Below, one piece after another: positions 1 to 12,009 of a stretch of DNA of 53,346 bases (within the stretch, counting starts at the first letter, position 1; the number at the start of each line of letters is the position of its first letter). Under the pieces are notes generated by a model. It saw only the letters and a list, made by a program, of their open reading frames with translations, did no database searches and was not told where the DNA came from. The stretch is taken from assembly GCA_001643675.2 (NCBI GenBank), contig LSRY02000080.1, positions 1 through 53,346 on the forward strand. The letters are read 5' to 3'. The DNA is from Monocercomonoides exilis PA203 (lineage: Eukaryota > Protista > Preaxostyla). The position numbers and the translations under genes were made by a program.

Positions 1-3000
1 AAAATGATTATGCTTTTTTAAAAAAGCCTTTTCGCCATAAAGTGTTCGTTTGTGAAAAATCAAAGGTAAATTATTTGTACCGAGAATTATGAATGAAAAA
101 ATTTCGATTACAAATAAATCACAGATTACAAAAATGCACCACTGATATTTGAAATATTAATAGTGAAATCACAAAGTTTCTCATTTTCATACGGAATGTT
201 TTTTTTTTTTTTTATTTTTTTTGTTGTTTAATAGAATTGCAATTCGTAATTGGATTATTACCTATTTGCTAATTCTTTTGGAGATAATAGGGTCATATTT
301 CAAATATGGTTTTTTTTTGGCACTTTTTTGTTTGAAGCTTCCAATAAATCAAAAATCCATTATTCGTGTCGGCACATATTCAACACTTTTATGTAAGAAA
401 TACACTATAATTCACTGGCTTGTTTTTTTATTTTTATCTATAACACATTGAGATATTACAATTTTTTGGTAAAAATCCAAGTGACTTTTTATAGTCAACG
501 AAGCCTTTTTCAAAATTTTAGAGTTTTGTTTTTGAAACCACACACATTTCCCATTTTTTCTTCAAATTCTTTTATTTGACACTTTCTATTTTGTTGATAT
601 TTTCGCATTTTATTAAATTATCAAGGAAATAATCATTAAAGAGTGAGCATGTGGAAAAAATAAATGAGTTAATTAAAAAAAAATTATATTAGAAGATACA
701 AAGAGGAACGAAATTCATAAAGTTAAAAAATATCATCCCAGTTCTTTATCAATATAATTCTTTATTTTAAGTTGGCATACTGAAACTAAAAGGACATCAA
801 TGAAAATTCGCGATTATCACTTATTCCTTTTCCTTATATTATATTAATGAACAATTGAAGGTTTTTTCATCAGAAACGAAAGGATTTCAGACGATGAGAA
901 ATAAAGAAAATCCAGTTTTTCTCATAAATAATGGAATGATCAAAAAGAATTTGTTCGACATTTTTCACTATTGCTTGAATGTCATGCATATCAGAATCTT
1001 ACAAACAATTACACTCCATTTTCGAGAGGTTTTTATTTGAAAGCAGTGCAATAGGCTTTCTTTTTGAGAATGTAATTCTTGTCAAACCCCTAAAATGCAA
1101 AAATGGTCATTCAAACATTTTAATTGTTTCTGAACATGGATGCAAATCTAATTATTCATGTTCCACGAGCAAAAAAAGAATTTTAATCCGTTCTCGAACG
1201 ATTTCTGTTCGATCACTATGAAAAAATTTTCCTATTTTAATATTGTCTTATTGTTTTTGGTATCATATCAGTAACACTCAAGCTTCATTCATATCAGGTG
1301 TTGAAGTCCATTCTGTTGGTGCATTTTACAGTATATTCAGAAGAGCTTGCTCGATGTTTTTATTCAAAAATCCAAGAACGATAGGAGGTCCTGGCGTTGA
1401 GGTGGAAATTGATGAATCGGCTTGGCGGAGAAGGAAATATAAAAGAGGTGTGATTCATTCACATATTTTTTTTATAATTTCAAAAAATTGTTCTAGGGAA
1501 AAATAAGAAACTTATTTGGCTTTTCGGGGCAATTGAACGTCAAAAATCAATTGGATCAAAACATTCAATGGTAGCTTTTTTTGTAGGAAGGCGATCAGCA
1601 AACGTGCTTCTTCCTCTTATTCAAAAAATAATTAAGCCAGGTTCAGTCGTTGTTTCGGATCAATGGAAAGCATATTCCAAACTCTCTGAATTAGGATATA
1701 TCCATCATACTGTTAATCATTCAAAAGAATTTGTGAATGTAAAGGGAGAATCAACGAACACTATCGAAGGATCTTGGGCCCACTTACGCCGTTACATGCC
1801 TCCATTCGGAGTGAAATATACTGATCTGGAAGAGTATCTGTATGCGTATTTGTATCAGCATCATGAAGATAAAAATTTTTTGGAATTCATGAAAATTTTG
1901 GTTTTTTACAATGAAAATGAATATCACGAAGTAAACATTTACGTCACACGAACGTTTCATATCCACGTCAGTCAGTTTCGTCCCACAGTTTTTCACAAAA
2001 AAGAAATGTTTATATTTATGAAATTTATTGAATTGTTTTTCTTTTGAAAGAATAATTATTTGATATTCATTCTTTAATGATATATGTTTTTTGATCATTT
2101 ATTTATGAATAAAAAAATATTCCACACTCATCCAAATTGAAACCATTTAATTTGTCAGGATTTTCCATAATATAATATTTGAAGTTGTAAATTTTTATTG
2201 ATGAATATTTGGATGAATAAAAACGAGTTTGTCCATATAGAATGTGATATTTGTTTTTCATCTGCCACATCCTTGTCATTTATTGAAAATTTCTCTTCCA
2301 CAACTTATGAAATTCTCTGTGTGATTGTTTTTCAATTTTAATAGCGTTTGTTTATGTTTTCAGTATATTGACTCATTATTGTTTGAATATTTAAAAATCA
2401 ATCAAAGACAGCAATTGTATTGAAAGATTTTTCATGGAATATTAATTCGTTGTGGAAAGTTCATATTTTTTTTATCCTTATTTCTCAAAAAAGCTAATTA
2501 TTTTATCTGAAGCTCTTCTGACATAAAGACACAAACAGGTTATTTCCTTTCTATTCACTTTAATTGAATAAGCTGAACGAAATTCATTCAATCTTTTTTT
2601 TATGATCGTTTCATTAAGACAAGAAATTAATAGCTGTTTTCTCTTCGTTGAAAGTTAAGATCTTGTTTCCGCTATTTTCATTTTGATTATCAATCTTGTT
2701 TTGTTTGTTAACAAACATTTCATTGTTATATCACATATTTTCCCAAGCAAACGAATAAATTTTAATCTTGTTTGAAAGGATAGATTCAAATGTCTGTGTG
2801 TGAAAGCTTTTTATCTTTTTTTCTCATAAATCTTTGAATAAAGAACTGTAGAACAAGTTTATATTTGAAAGATAAAGAATAAAAGAAATAATCTTTGCGA
2901 AATAACATTTAACATTATGAAAAAAACACAACCGAATGAATATTAAAAGAAGAAATGTGAAGCTTGCAGTTTTAACTTATAATATCAAAAAACAATTCTA

Positions 3001-3310
3001 TAAATCAAAAAATAAAATGCATCACTTCTTTGACAACTTTCTTTTTTTAAATTCAACGGTTTATAACAATTGAACTTTGGTTTTTTTTTCAATTTAAAGC
3101 GGTTTCATTATTTCTGAATTCAATTAATTCTGAATTCTTTATTAAATGATTGGATAGCAATATGATTAAAATTATTTCTTTCTAATTCAAACAATATTAA
3201 TTTCACAGTTCTTTGCTTCAGTTCTTTATCTTTCTGTCGTCATTGTTTGTTATATACAAAACTTCATTTCAAAAAATAAATATATTCACCTTTCCGCACA
3301 TTCTCGATTG

Positions 3311-3657
3311 CTTTTTTCTCTTTCTGCGCCTTCACTTTTGCTTCCTTCTCTTTCTGCGCCTTCACTTTTGCTTCCTTCTCTTTCTGCGCCTTCACTTTTG
3401 CTTCCTTCTCTTTCTGCGCCTTCACTTTTGCTTCTTTCTCTTTCTGCGCCTTCACTTTTGCTTCCTTCTCTTTCTGCGCCTTCACTTTTGCTTCCTTCTC
3501 TTTCTGCGCCTTCACTTTTGCTTCTTTCTCTTTCTGCGCCTTCACTTTTGCTTCTTTCTCTTTCTGCGCCTTCACTTTTGCTTCCTTCTCTTTCTGCGCC
3601 TTCACTTTTGCTTATTTCTCTTTCTGCGCCTTCATTTTTGCTTCCTTTTCTTTCTGA
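3311..3657 (-). repeat. 30-bp minisatellite, 11 units, coding KAQKEKEAKV on the minus strand
   Basis: Unit ttctctttctgcgccttcacttttgcttcc counted directly. One GAA>TAA change at about 3612-3614. Confidence 0.97.
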
Positions 3658-3987
3658 GCTTTTTCAATAAAGGCATTTTATTAAAAATCTTTTGAATAGT
3701 TTATTTCAAACAATTTTATATTGTTATTTGATCTTTGATTTTGATGTTTAATTTCTTTCAAACAAAAAGAGCAAAATAATATATTATGTATTCAAAGTCC
3801 AACATCACACTGTGATTGCCTTTTTCACAAAGTTTTCAAAATCAGATGTATGAAAAGTTTTTTTATTTTGAACAGTTTGCTTATTCAACGGTCGCATTGT
3901 TGACTAAAATTACAAAACTTGAATGCATGAGATGAAAAACTGTCAAACGTTAACAAACGAAACATTGCATTACAAAAAAAAAAACAA

Positions 3988-6834
3988 TCACAAACGCATG
4001 AGTGTGTTCAAAGAAATCAATGAAAGAGAATGTCTTCTATCTCCAACAATTCTTCTTGCCTTAGAAAACATTCGTTCACAAAAGGCTTCACTGCATGGGG
4101 ATGCAATTAAATTGAAGGCAAAATTAGAATAAACAGTTTCCACATCACCTTTCAGAGCCAGCTCTTCGTAATAGACATATGGATCGTCCTCAATAACAGC
4201 ATCATCTTGAACAAGCAAACTTCTTCGAAAAAGTGCTTTGCATCCTGAAATAAGAATATCATTCATTCCTTGCAAAATGATATTTATTGCTTCGTTGAAG
4301 GCAACAGTTAGTCGAGGATACCAATCATCAAAAACGGCTTTGTGAATTTGCTCCAACGCTTCATTTTCAATTGTTGAATCACATTGCAATATTCTTTTCC
4401 TTGACGAAAAGTTTCCAAAGCAGAGAATATCATCTTCATTGGCAAATGATATTTCGCACTCTCGTCTTATTATTTTATCTTCGTTACTATTTTCCTTTTC
4501 TGCATCATTTTCTTCTTTGTCTCCAGCTATTTTTTTTTCATCTTTCGCTCCAGTTGTATTTCTAGTGCTGTATGTTGAGACGTTTTCTTTATCTGAAAAT
4601 GATTCTGAATTGTTTTCGAAATAATCTTCATCATTTGAAGAAAAACATTCACCACTTTCGAATTCTTCTTCTTCCATATCATATTCTAATTCTTCATAAT
4701 ATCCATCACTTTCGCTTTCATCTTCTTTTGCAATTTCCATTTCGGTTTTTCAATATGATCAATAATTTCTTGAACAAATTTCATTATTTCTGAGCAATTT
4801 TTTATGTTTGCAAAGTCGGTTTTGCTTGGGCAAATCAATGTTGATGAAGAATACAATTGTTGTGTGCGTAAACTTAATCGATTCTGAAATCTTTCCATTG
4901 CTGTTTTGACATGAAGAATGTCAAAATGAGTTAAATTTGGAGCAGTTGAGTTCGGCTGTGAAGATGCAGATATAGATGGAATTGAATTTGATAAAATATT
5001 AGTTGAACAAGAAATGAGCAGTGGAGACATTTGTTGTTGAATATGAGAGGATAACAGAGAAGAAGAAGAATGTGTTTGAGTTGAAGATAATTGAAATGGG
5101 ATTGTAGATGACGAGGAAGTTGGCTGAGAATAATTTGAAGATGGAAATGATTTGATTAATGATTCAATCGCATTTGATGAAGATGGAATATTCGATAAAT
5201 TGTCCTTTATTAAGCTTTGGTGCTTCGAAATATCAGAAAATATTATATCGCAATTTGTGAACAAACCTTTTCGATATTTTCCTGCTCCAATTGGTGAAAG
5301 AGCATAAACAAAGGCAAAAAATCTGCCTCTTTCTCCAGAAAATGTGTAGTTGAAAAGCAGAATGATAATGTCTGTTATTGCATTGTGCCAATCTTTCTGT
5401 TGAAATATATTCAATGTTGAATAATAGAAAAATAAGCTCATTGCATTCAATAAAATGGGAAATACAAAAGATAGCTTTGTGGAGTCTTTTTCGAATTGGA
5501 GATGCAAATAGTTAATCGGAAATAGTAAAAGTTCTGTTATTCCAGCAGCTTTAATGTTTTCTTCATTCAGTAACTTGCTCAAACGGACCCTTTGGATATT
5601 TGTCCTAACATAATTGCATATTTGAAATAAACACAACCACCTTGTTCGGATAAAAGTCGGACATTTCCGAACCAATATTTTACGATTGACCGTTGAATGC
5701 GATGCAGTGCTGAAATTAACGAGCATTTCTCTCACATTGTTCAAGAATTTATTATCTTGAAATGCGTGACTGATGATCAAATTCACCAGATGATTCAAGC
5801 AAGGAACGAAAATAGGATTAAACAACGACAGACCGACAGCATGTTCCATTGGAACCTTGTTAAACGATTGGCACAATTTTGTGAGTGCTTGAACCTGCGA
5901 TTTCAAGCCATCAGAACAAAAACATCTGACATTTGAACCAATTTTTCCAAACTCAATCAACAAAGTCTGACCAAGTTCGAAGTAATCTTTTTCAGTTGAG
6001 CAGCCTTCAAACAAATTGAAGAACAAAGGAACAGAATTAAAAGATAATGGCACAACTCCAACAACTGTGTAATTTTTGTTTCCAATTTTCCCGCTGTCCA
6101 TCATAATTGCAATTGGTTTATTTCTAATTGTTGACAATAAATTAGTTACCTTAGAATCATTTGTTTGAAGAATGATTTTTGATATAGATTTTCCAGTTAA
6201 ATAGGGGAATATGTCTTCTCTCTTTGAATGAGGATGTGACTGAGACTCTTTTATTAAAGTGGTTATGAAATCGTTCAGGAAACTGCAGGAAGATTTAAGA
6301 AAAGATATGTTACAAGCACCCACTAATGAAATGAATGTGTCCACTAATTCATAACCAGTTTTGCAAAATTGTTCGCTGTGTGTATCAACTGTATATTTTT
6401 TATTATCCATGCCAATTTTTGCACTCAGGAAAAATCTCTGAATTGAGTTCTGCTTTAGCAACTTGCATTTGTGAAATTTGATTGATGAGTAGTCTCTTCT
6501 TCCTGTAATTCCACATATTGAATCAGATGTTGCATTTGGGCACAAATATAAACGATGGTACATTTTTTTATCTGATAAGCTGAGAAAAACAGGAGAAAAT
6601 CCAATAAACAAATTGTTATTCACCACTTCAAATGCAATTTTGCTGAGGGCTAAATTCTTGTTTGTCGGATGTTTATAATCTTTGAAGTGACAAATTTGAA
6701 CAAAAAATCAAACATAATGTTAAGATCATTATTGCAAACATTGCCTTTTTGGAGTTAATTGCAACTTCTCCAAAGTGATGATATGCCCTTTCTCCATTTG
6801 CAAAAGTTTCACATGCTTTATATATGCTGTGCAC
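3988..6834 (-). CDS. hAT transposase of copy A (ORF-track pieces 4686-6626 and 3988-4740; 1-bp homopolymer shifts near 6705 and 4745)
   Basis: IAIMMDSG (D1), FCSDG (D2), CLNH (CxxH), TRW and SEAFCERMFSKA (E, in the C-terminal hAT domain), plus a Cys/His BED-like N-terminal segment. The 5' exon is unresolved. Confidence 0.85.
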
Positions 6835-7906
6835 TTGAAAAAGAAATATTTTATTTTGATAAAACAGTTGATAACAAGTTAATCAGAAAAAATTTCAAAC
6901 CACATCAGGATCTTTTAAGCTCAGTTTGAGTTCATCATTCAATTCGAACGTTGACAATAAGTCTTCTCGATCCATGGTTATATAATAATCAACAAATCTA
7001 CGTGTGACAGGAACTTTTTTTCTTCCGTGTCAGATTTTTCAAAAATCCGCAATTCAAATATGCCGCGGAACAACCCATTTTGATTTTTTTGGAAGTATAC
7101 ATTTCCCTTTTGAAAAAATGTTGTTCATGTTTTATTCATTTTTTTAATTGTATTTATTAAATCCTTGTGCATTGAACTATGACGTTAAAAACTTTTCTCC
7201 GTAAGTCACATTGGCTTTTCAAAAAAGTCAAAGGCAGATTGCCGCAATGGTTTATCACGAAGAACTCAGAAAATTCTTTCCAGATGATGACATCGATCAA
7301 GATCCTTCAGAAGATGAGATATCATCAGATTCATCAAACAATTTCGAGTATGAAAAAGATGATATAATTGATGACGGAAGTGGAGCAAGTGACTGGTCAG
7401 ATACAGAAATGACTAAAAAAAGAACGAAAGCTCTTCAATAAATCCATTTCATTTTTTACTTTCATGACACAATTCAACTTATAAATTAAACCATTGCGGC
7501 AATCTGCCTTTGACTTTTTTGAAAAGCCAATGTGACTTACGGAGAAAAGTTTTTAACGTCATAGTTCAATGCACAAGGATTTAATAAATACAATTAAAAA
7601 AATGAATAAAACATGAACAACATTTTTTCAAAAGGGAAATGTATACTTCCAAAAAAATCAAAATGGGTTGTTCCGCGGCATATTTGAATTGCGGATTTTT
7701 GAAAAATCTGACACGGAAGAAAAAAAGTTCCTGTCACACGTAGATTTGTTGATTATTATATAACCATGGATCGAGAAGACTTATTGTCAACGTTCGAATT
7801 GAATGATGAACTCAAACTGAGCTTAAAAGATCCTGATGTGGTTTGAAATTTTTTCTGATTAACTTGTTATCAACTGTTTTATCAAAATAAAATATTTCTT
7901 TTTCAA

Positions 7907-10704
7907 GTGCACAGCATATATAAAGCATGTGAAACTTTTGCAAATGGAGAAAGGGCATATCATCACTTTGGAGAAGTTGCAATTAACTCCAAAAAGGCAA
8001 TGTTTGCAATAATGATCTTAACATTATGTTTGATTTTTGTTCAAATTTGTCACTTCAAAGATTATAAACATCCGACAAACAAGAATTTAGCCCTCAGCAA
8101 AATTGCATTTGAAGTGGTGAATAACAATTTGTTTATTGGATTTTCTCCTGTTTTCTCAGCTTATCAGATAAAAAATGTACCATCGTTTATATTTGTGCCC
8201 AAATGCAACATCTGATTCAATATGTGGAATTACAGGAAGAAGAGACTACTCATCAATCAAATTTCACAAATGCAAGTTGCTAAAGCAGAACTCAATTCAG
8301 AGATTTTCCTGAGTGCAAAAATTGGCATGGATAATAAAAAATATACAGTTGATACACACAGCGAACAATTTTGCAAAACTGGTTATGAATTAGTGGACAC
8401 ATTCATTTCATTAGTGGGTGCTTGTAACATATCTTTTCTTAAATCTTCCTGCAGTTTCCTGAACGATTTCATAACCACTTTAATAAAAGAGTCTCAGTCA
8501 CATCCTCATTCAAAGAGAGAAGACATATTCCCCTATTTAACTGGAAAATCTATATCAAAAATCATTCTTCAAACAAATGATTCTAAGGTAACTAATTTAT
8601 TGTCAACAATTAGAAATAAACCAATTGCAATTATGATGGACAGCGGGAAAATTGGAAACAAAAATTACACAGTTGTTGGAGTTATGCCATTATCTTTTAA
8701 TTCTGTTCCTTTGTTCTTCAATTTGTTTGAAGGCTGCTCAACTGAAAAAGATTACTTCGAACTTGGTCAGACTTTGTTGATTGAGTTTGGAAAAATTGGT
8801 TCAAATGTCAGATGTTTTTGTTCTGATGGCTTGAAATCGCAGGTTCAAGCACTCACAAAATTGTGCCAATCGTTTAACAAGGAACATGTGGGTCTGAATC
8901 ATCTGGTGAATTTGATCATCAGTCACGCATTTCAAGATAATAAATTCTTGAACAATGTGAGAGAAATGCTCGTTAATTTCAGCACTGCATCGCATTCAAC
9001 GGTCAATCGTAAAATATTGGTTCGGAAATGTCCGACTTTTATCCGAACAAGGTGGTTGTGTTTATTTCAAATATGCAATTATGTTAGGACAAATATCCAA
9101 AGGGTCCGTTTGAGCAAGTTACTGAATGAAGAAAACATTAAAGCTGCTGGAATAACAGAACTTTTACTATTTCCGATTAACTATTTGCATCTCCAATTCG
9201 AAAAAGACTCCACAAAGCTATCTTTTGTATTTCCCATTTTATTGAATGCAATGAGCTTATTTTTCTATTATTCAACATTGAATATATTTCAACAGAAAGA
9301 TTGGCACAATGCAATAACAGACATTATCATTCTGCTTTTCAACTACACATTTTCTGGAGAAAGAGGCAGATTTTTGCCTTTGTTTATGCTCTTTCACCAA
9401 TTGGAGCAGGAAAATATCGAAAAGGTTTGTTCACAAATTGCGATATAATATTTTCTGATATTTCGAAGCACCAAAGCTTAATAAAGGACAATTTATCGAA
9501 TATTCCATCTTCATCAAATGCGATTGAATCATTAATCAAATCATTTCCATCTTCAAATTATTCTCAGCCAACTTCCTCGTCATCTACAATCCCATTTCAA
9601 TTATCTTCAACTCAAACACATTCTTCTTCTTCTCTGTTATCCTCTCATATTCAACAACAAATGTCTCCACTGCTCATTTCTTGTTCAACTAATATTTTAT
9701 CAAATTCAATTCCATCTATATCTGCATCTTCACAGCCGAACTCAACTGCTCCAAATTTAACTCATTTTGACATTCTTCATGTCAAAACAGCAATGGAAAG
9801 ATTTCAGAATCGATTAAGTTTACGCACACAACAATTGTATTCTTCATCAACATTGATTTGCCCAAGCAAAACCGACTTTGCAAACATAAAAAATTGCTCA
9901 GAAATAATGAAATTTGTTCAAGAAATTATTGATCATATTGAAAAAACCGAAATGGAAATTGCAAAAGAAGATGAAAGCGAAAGTGATGGATATTATGAAG
10001 AATTAGAATATGATATGGAAGAAGAAGAATTCGAAAGTGGTGAATGTTTTTCTTCAAATGATGAAGATTATTTCGAAAACAATTCAGAATCATTTTCAGA
10101 TAAAGAAAACGTCTCAACATACAGCACTAGAAATACAACTGGAGCGAAAGATGAAAAAAAAATAGCTGGAGACAAAGAAGAAAATGATGCAGAAAAGGAA
10201 AATAGTAACGAAGATAAAATAATAAGACGAGAGTGCGAAATATCATTTGCCAATGAAGATGATATTCTCTGCTTTGGAAACTTTTCGTCAAGGAAAAGAA
10301 TATTGCAATGTGATTCAACAATTGAAAATGAAGCGTTGGAGCAAATTCACAAAGCCGTTTTTGATGATTGGTATCCTCGACTAACTGTTGCCTTCAACGA
10401 AGCAATAAATATCATTTTGCAAGGAATGAATGATATTCTTATTTCAGGATGCAAAGCACTTTTTCGAAGAAGTTTGCTTGTTCAAGATGATGCTGTTATT
10501 GAGGACGATCCATATGTCTATTACGAAGAGCTGGCTCTGAAAGGTGATGTGGAAACTGTTTATTCTAATTTTGCCTTCAATTTAATTGCATCCCCATGCA
10601 GTGAAGCCTTTTGTGAACGAATGTTTTCTAAGGCAAGAAGAATTGTTGGAGATAGAAGACATTCTCTTTCATTGATTTCTTTGAACACACTCATGCGTTT
10701 GTGA
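7907..10704 (+). pseudogene. hAT transposase of copy B (four 1-bp losses and a 45-bp in-frame loss removing the CxxH Cys)
   Basis: ORFs 7907-8215, 8222-9448 and 9301-10704 match copy A. KVPMEHAVGLSLFNPIFVPCLNHL is reduced to KEHVGLNHL. Confidence 0.83.
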
Positions 10705-11034
10705 TTGTTTTTTTTTTTGTAATGCAATGTTTCGTTTGTTAACGTTTGACAGTTTTTCATCTCATGCATTCAAGTTTTGTAATTTTAGTCAACAATGCGA
10801 CCGTTGAATAAGCAAACTGTTCAAAATAAAAAAACTTTTCATACATCTGATTTTGAAAACTTTGTGAAAAAGGCAATCACAGTGTGATGTTGGACTTTGA
10901 ATACATAATATATTATTTTGCTCTTTTTGTTTGAAAGAAATTAAACATCAAAATCAAAGATCAAATAACAATATAAAATTGTTTGAAATAAACTATTCAA
11001 AAGATTTTTAATAAAATGCCTTTATTGAAAAAGC

Positions 11035-12009
11035 TCAGAAAGAAAAGGAAGCAAAAATGAAGGCGCAGAAAGAGAAAGAAGCAAAAGTGAAGGCGCAGAA
11101 AGAGAAGGAAGCAAAAGTGAAGGCGCAGAAAGAGAAGGAAGCAAAAGTGAAGGCGCAGAAAGAGAAAGAAGCAAAAGTGAAGGCGCAGAAAGAGAAGGAA
11201 GCAAAAGTGAAGGCGCAGAAAGAGAAGGAAGCAAAAGTGAAGGCGCAGAAAGAGAAGGAAGCAAAAGTGAAGGCGCAGAAAGAAGGAAGCAAAAGTGAAG
11301 GCGCAGAAAGAGAAGGAAGCAAAAGTGAAGGCGCAGAAAGAGAAGGAAGCAAAAGTGAAGGCGCAGAAAGAGAAAGAAGCAAAAGTGAAGGCGCAGAAAG
11401 AGAAGGAAGCAAAAGTGAAGGCGCAGAAAGAGAAGGAAGCAAAAGTGAAGGCGCAGAAAGAGAAAGAAGCAAAAGTGAAGGCGCAGAAAGAGAAGGAAGC
11501 AAAAGTGAAGGCGCAGAAAGAGAAGGAAGCAAAAGTGAAGGCGCAGAAAGAGAAGGAAGCAAAAGTGAAGGCGCAGAAAGAGAAGGAAGCAAAAGTGAAG
11601 GCGCAGAAAGAGAAGGAAGCAAAAGTGAAGGCGCAGAAAGAGAAGGAAGCAAAAGTGAAGGCGCAGAAAGAGAAAGAAGCAAAAGTGAAGGCGCAGAAAG
11701 AGAAGGAAGCAAAAGTGAAGGCGCAGAAAGAGAAGGAAGCAAAAGTGAAGGCGCAGAAAGAGAAGGAAGCAAAAGTGAAGGCGCAGAAAGAGAAGGAAGC
11801 AAAAGTGAAGGCGCAGAAAGAGAAAGAAGCAAAAGTGAAGGCGCAGAAAGAGAAGGAAGCAAAAGTGAAGGCGCAGAAAGAGAAGGAAGCAAAAGTGAAG
11901 GCGCAGAAAGAGAAGGAAGCAAAAGTGAAGGCGCAGAAAGAGAAGGAAGCAAAAGTGAAGGCGCAGAAAGAGAAGGAAGCAAAAGTGAAGGCGCAGAAAG
12001 AGAAAAAAG
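11035..12009 (+). repeat. 30-bp minisatellite, 32 units, coding KAQKEKEAKV
   Basis: Counted as 8 units, a 2-bp deletion near 11281, then 24 units. Confidence 0.97.

Larger units (their letters stand above)
1932..7254 (-). mobile_element. hAT-superfamily DNA transposon, copy A (5323 bp)
   Basis: 8-bp TSD TCACGAAG at 1924-1931 and 7255-7262. Imperfect TIRs TAAACATTTACGTCA / TAAACCATTGCGGCA (11/15). Encodes a hAT transposase. Confidence 0.93.
979..7441 (+). pseudogene. Merlin/ISXO2-like DDE transposase, disrupted (pieces 979-1447, 1497-1931, 7263-7441)
   Basis: Motifs IGGPGVEVEIDES, KYKRG, WLFGAIER, PGSVVVSDQWKAY, TVNHSKEFV and TNTIEGSW, with D, D and E all present. A 49-nt GT-AG intron (1448-1496) restores the frame. 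In-frame TGA at 1219-1221. Removing hAT copy A rejoins ...YNENEYHE/ELRKFFPDDD...KALQ*. Confidence 0.88.

Noticed and set aside
1-765. ORF 221-451 and the AT-rich left flank
   Set aside because: Composition reflects poly-T tracts; no motif or splice-supported model.
11035-12009. 30-bp repeats as a CRISPR array
   Set aside because: Head-to-tail units with no unique spacers, no cas genes, and a eukaryotic context.
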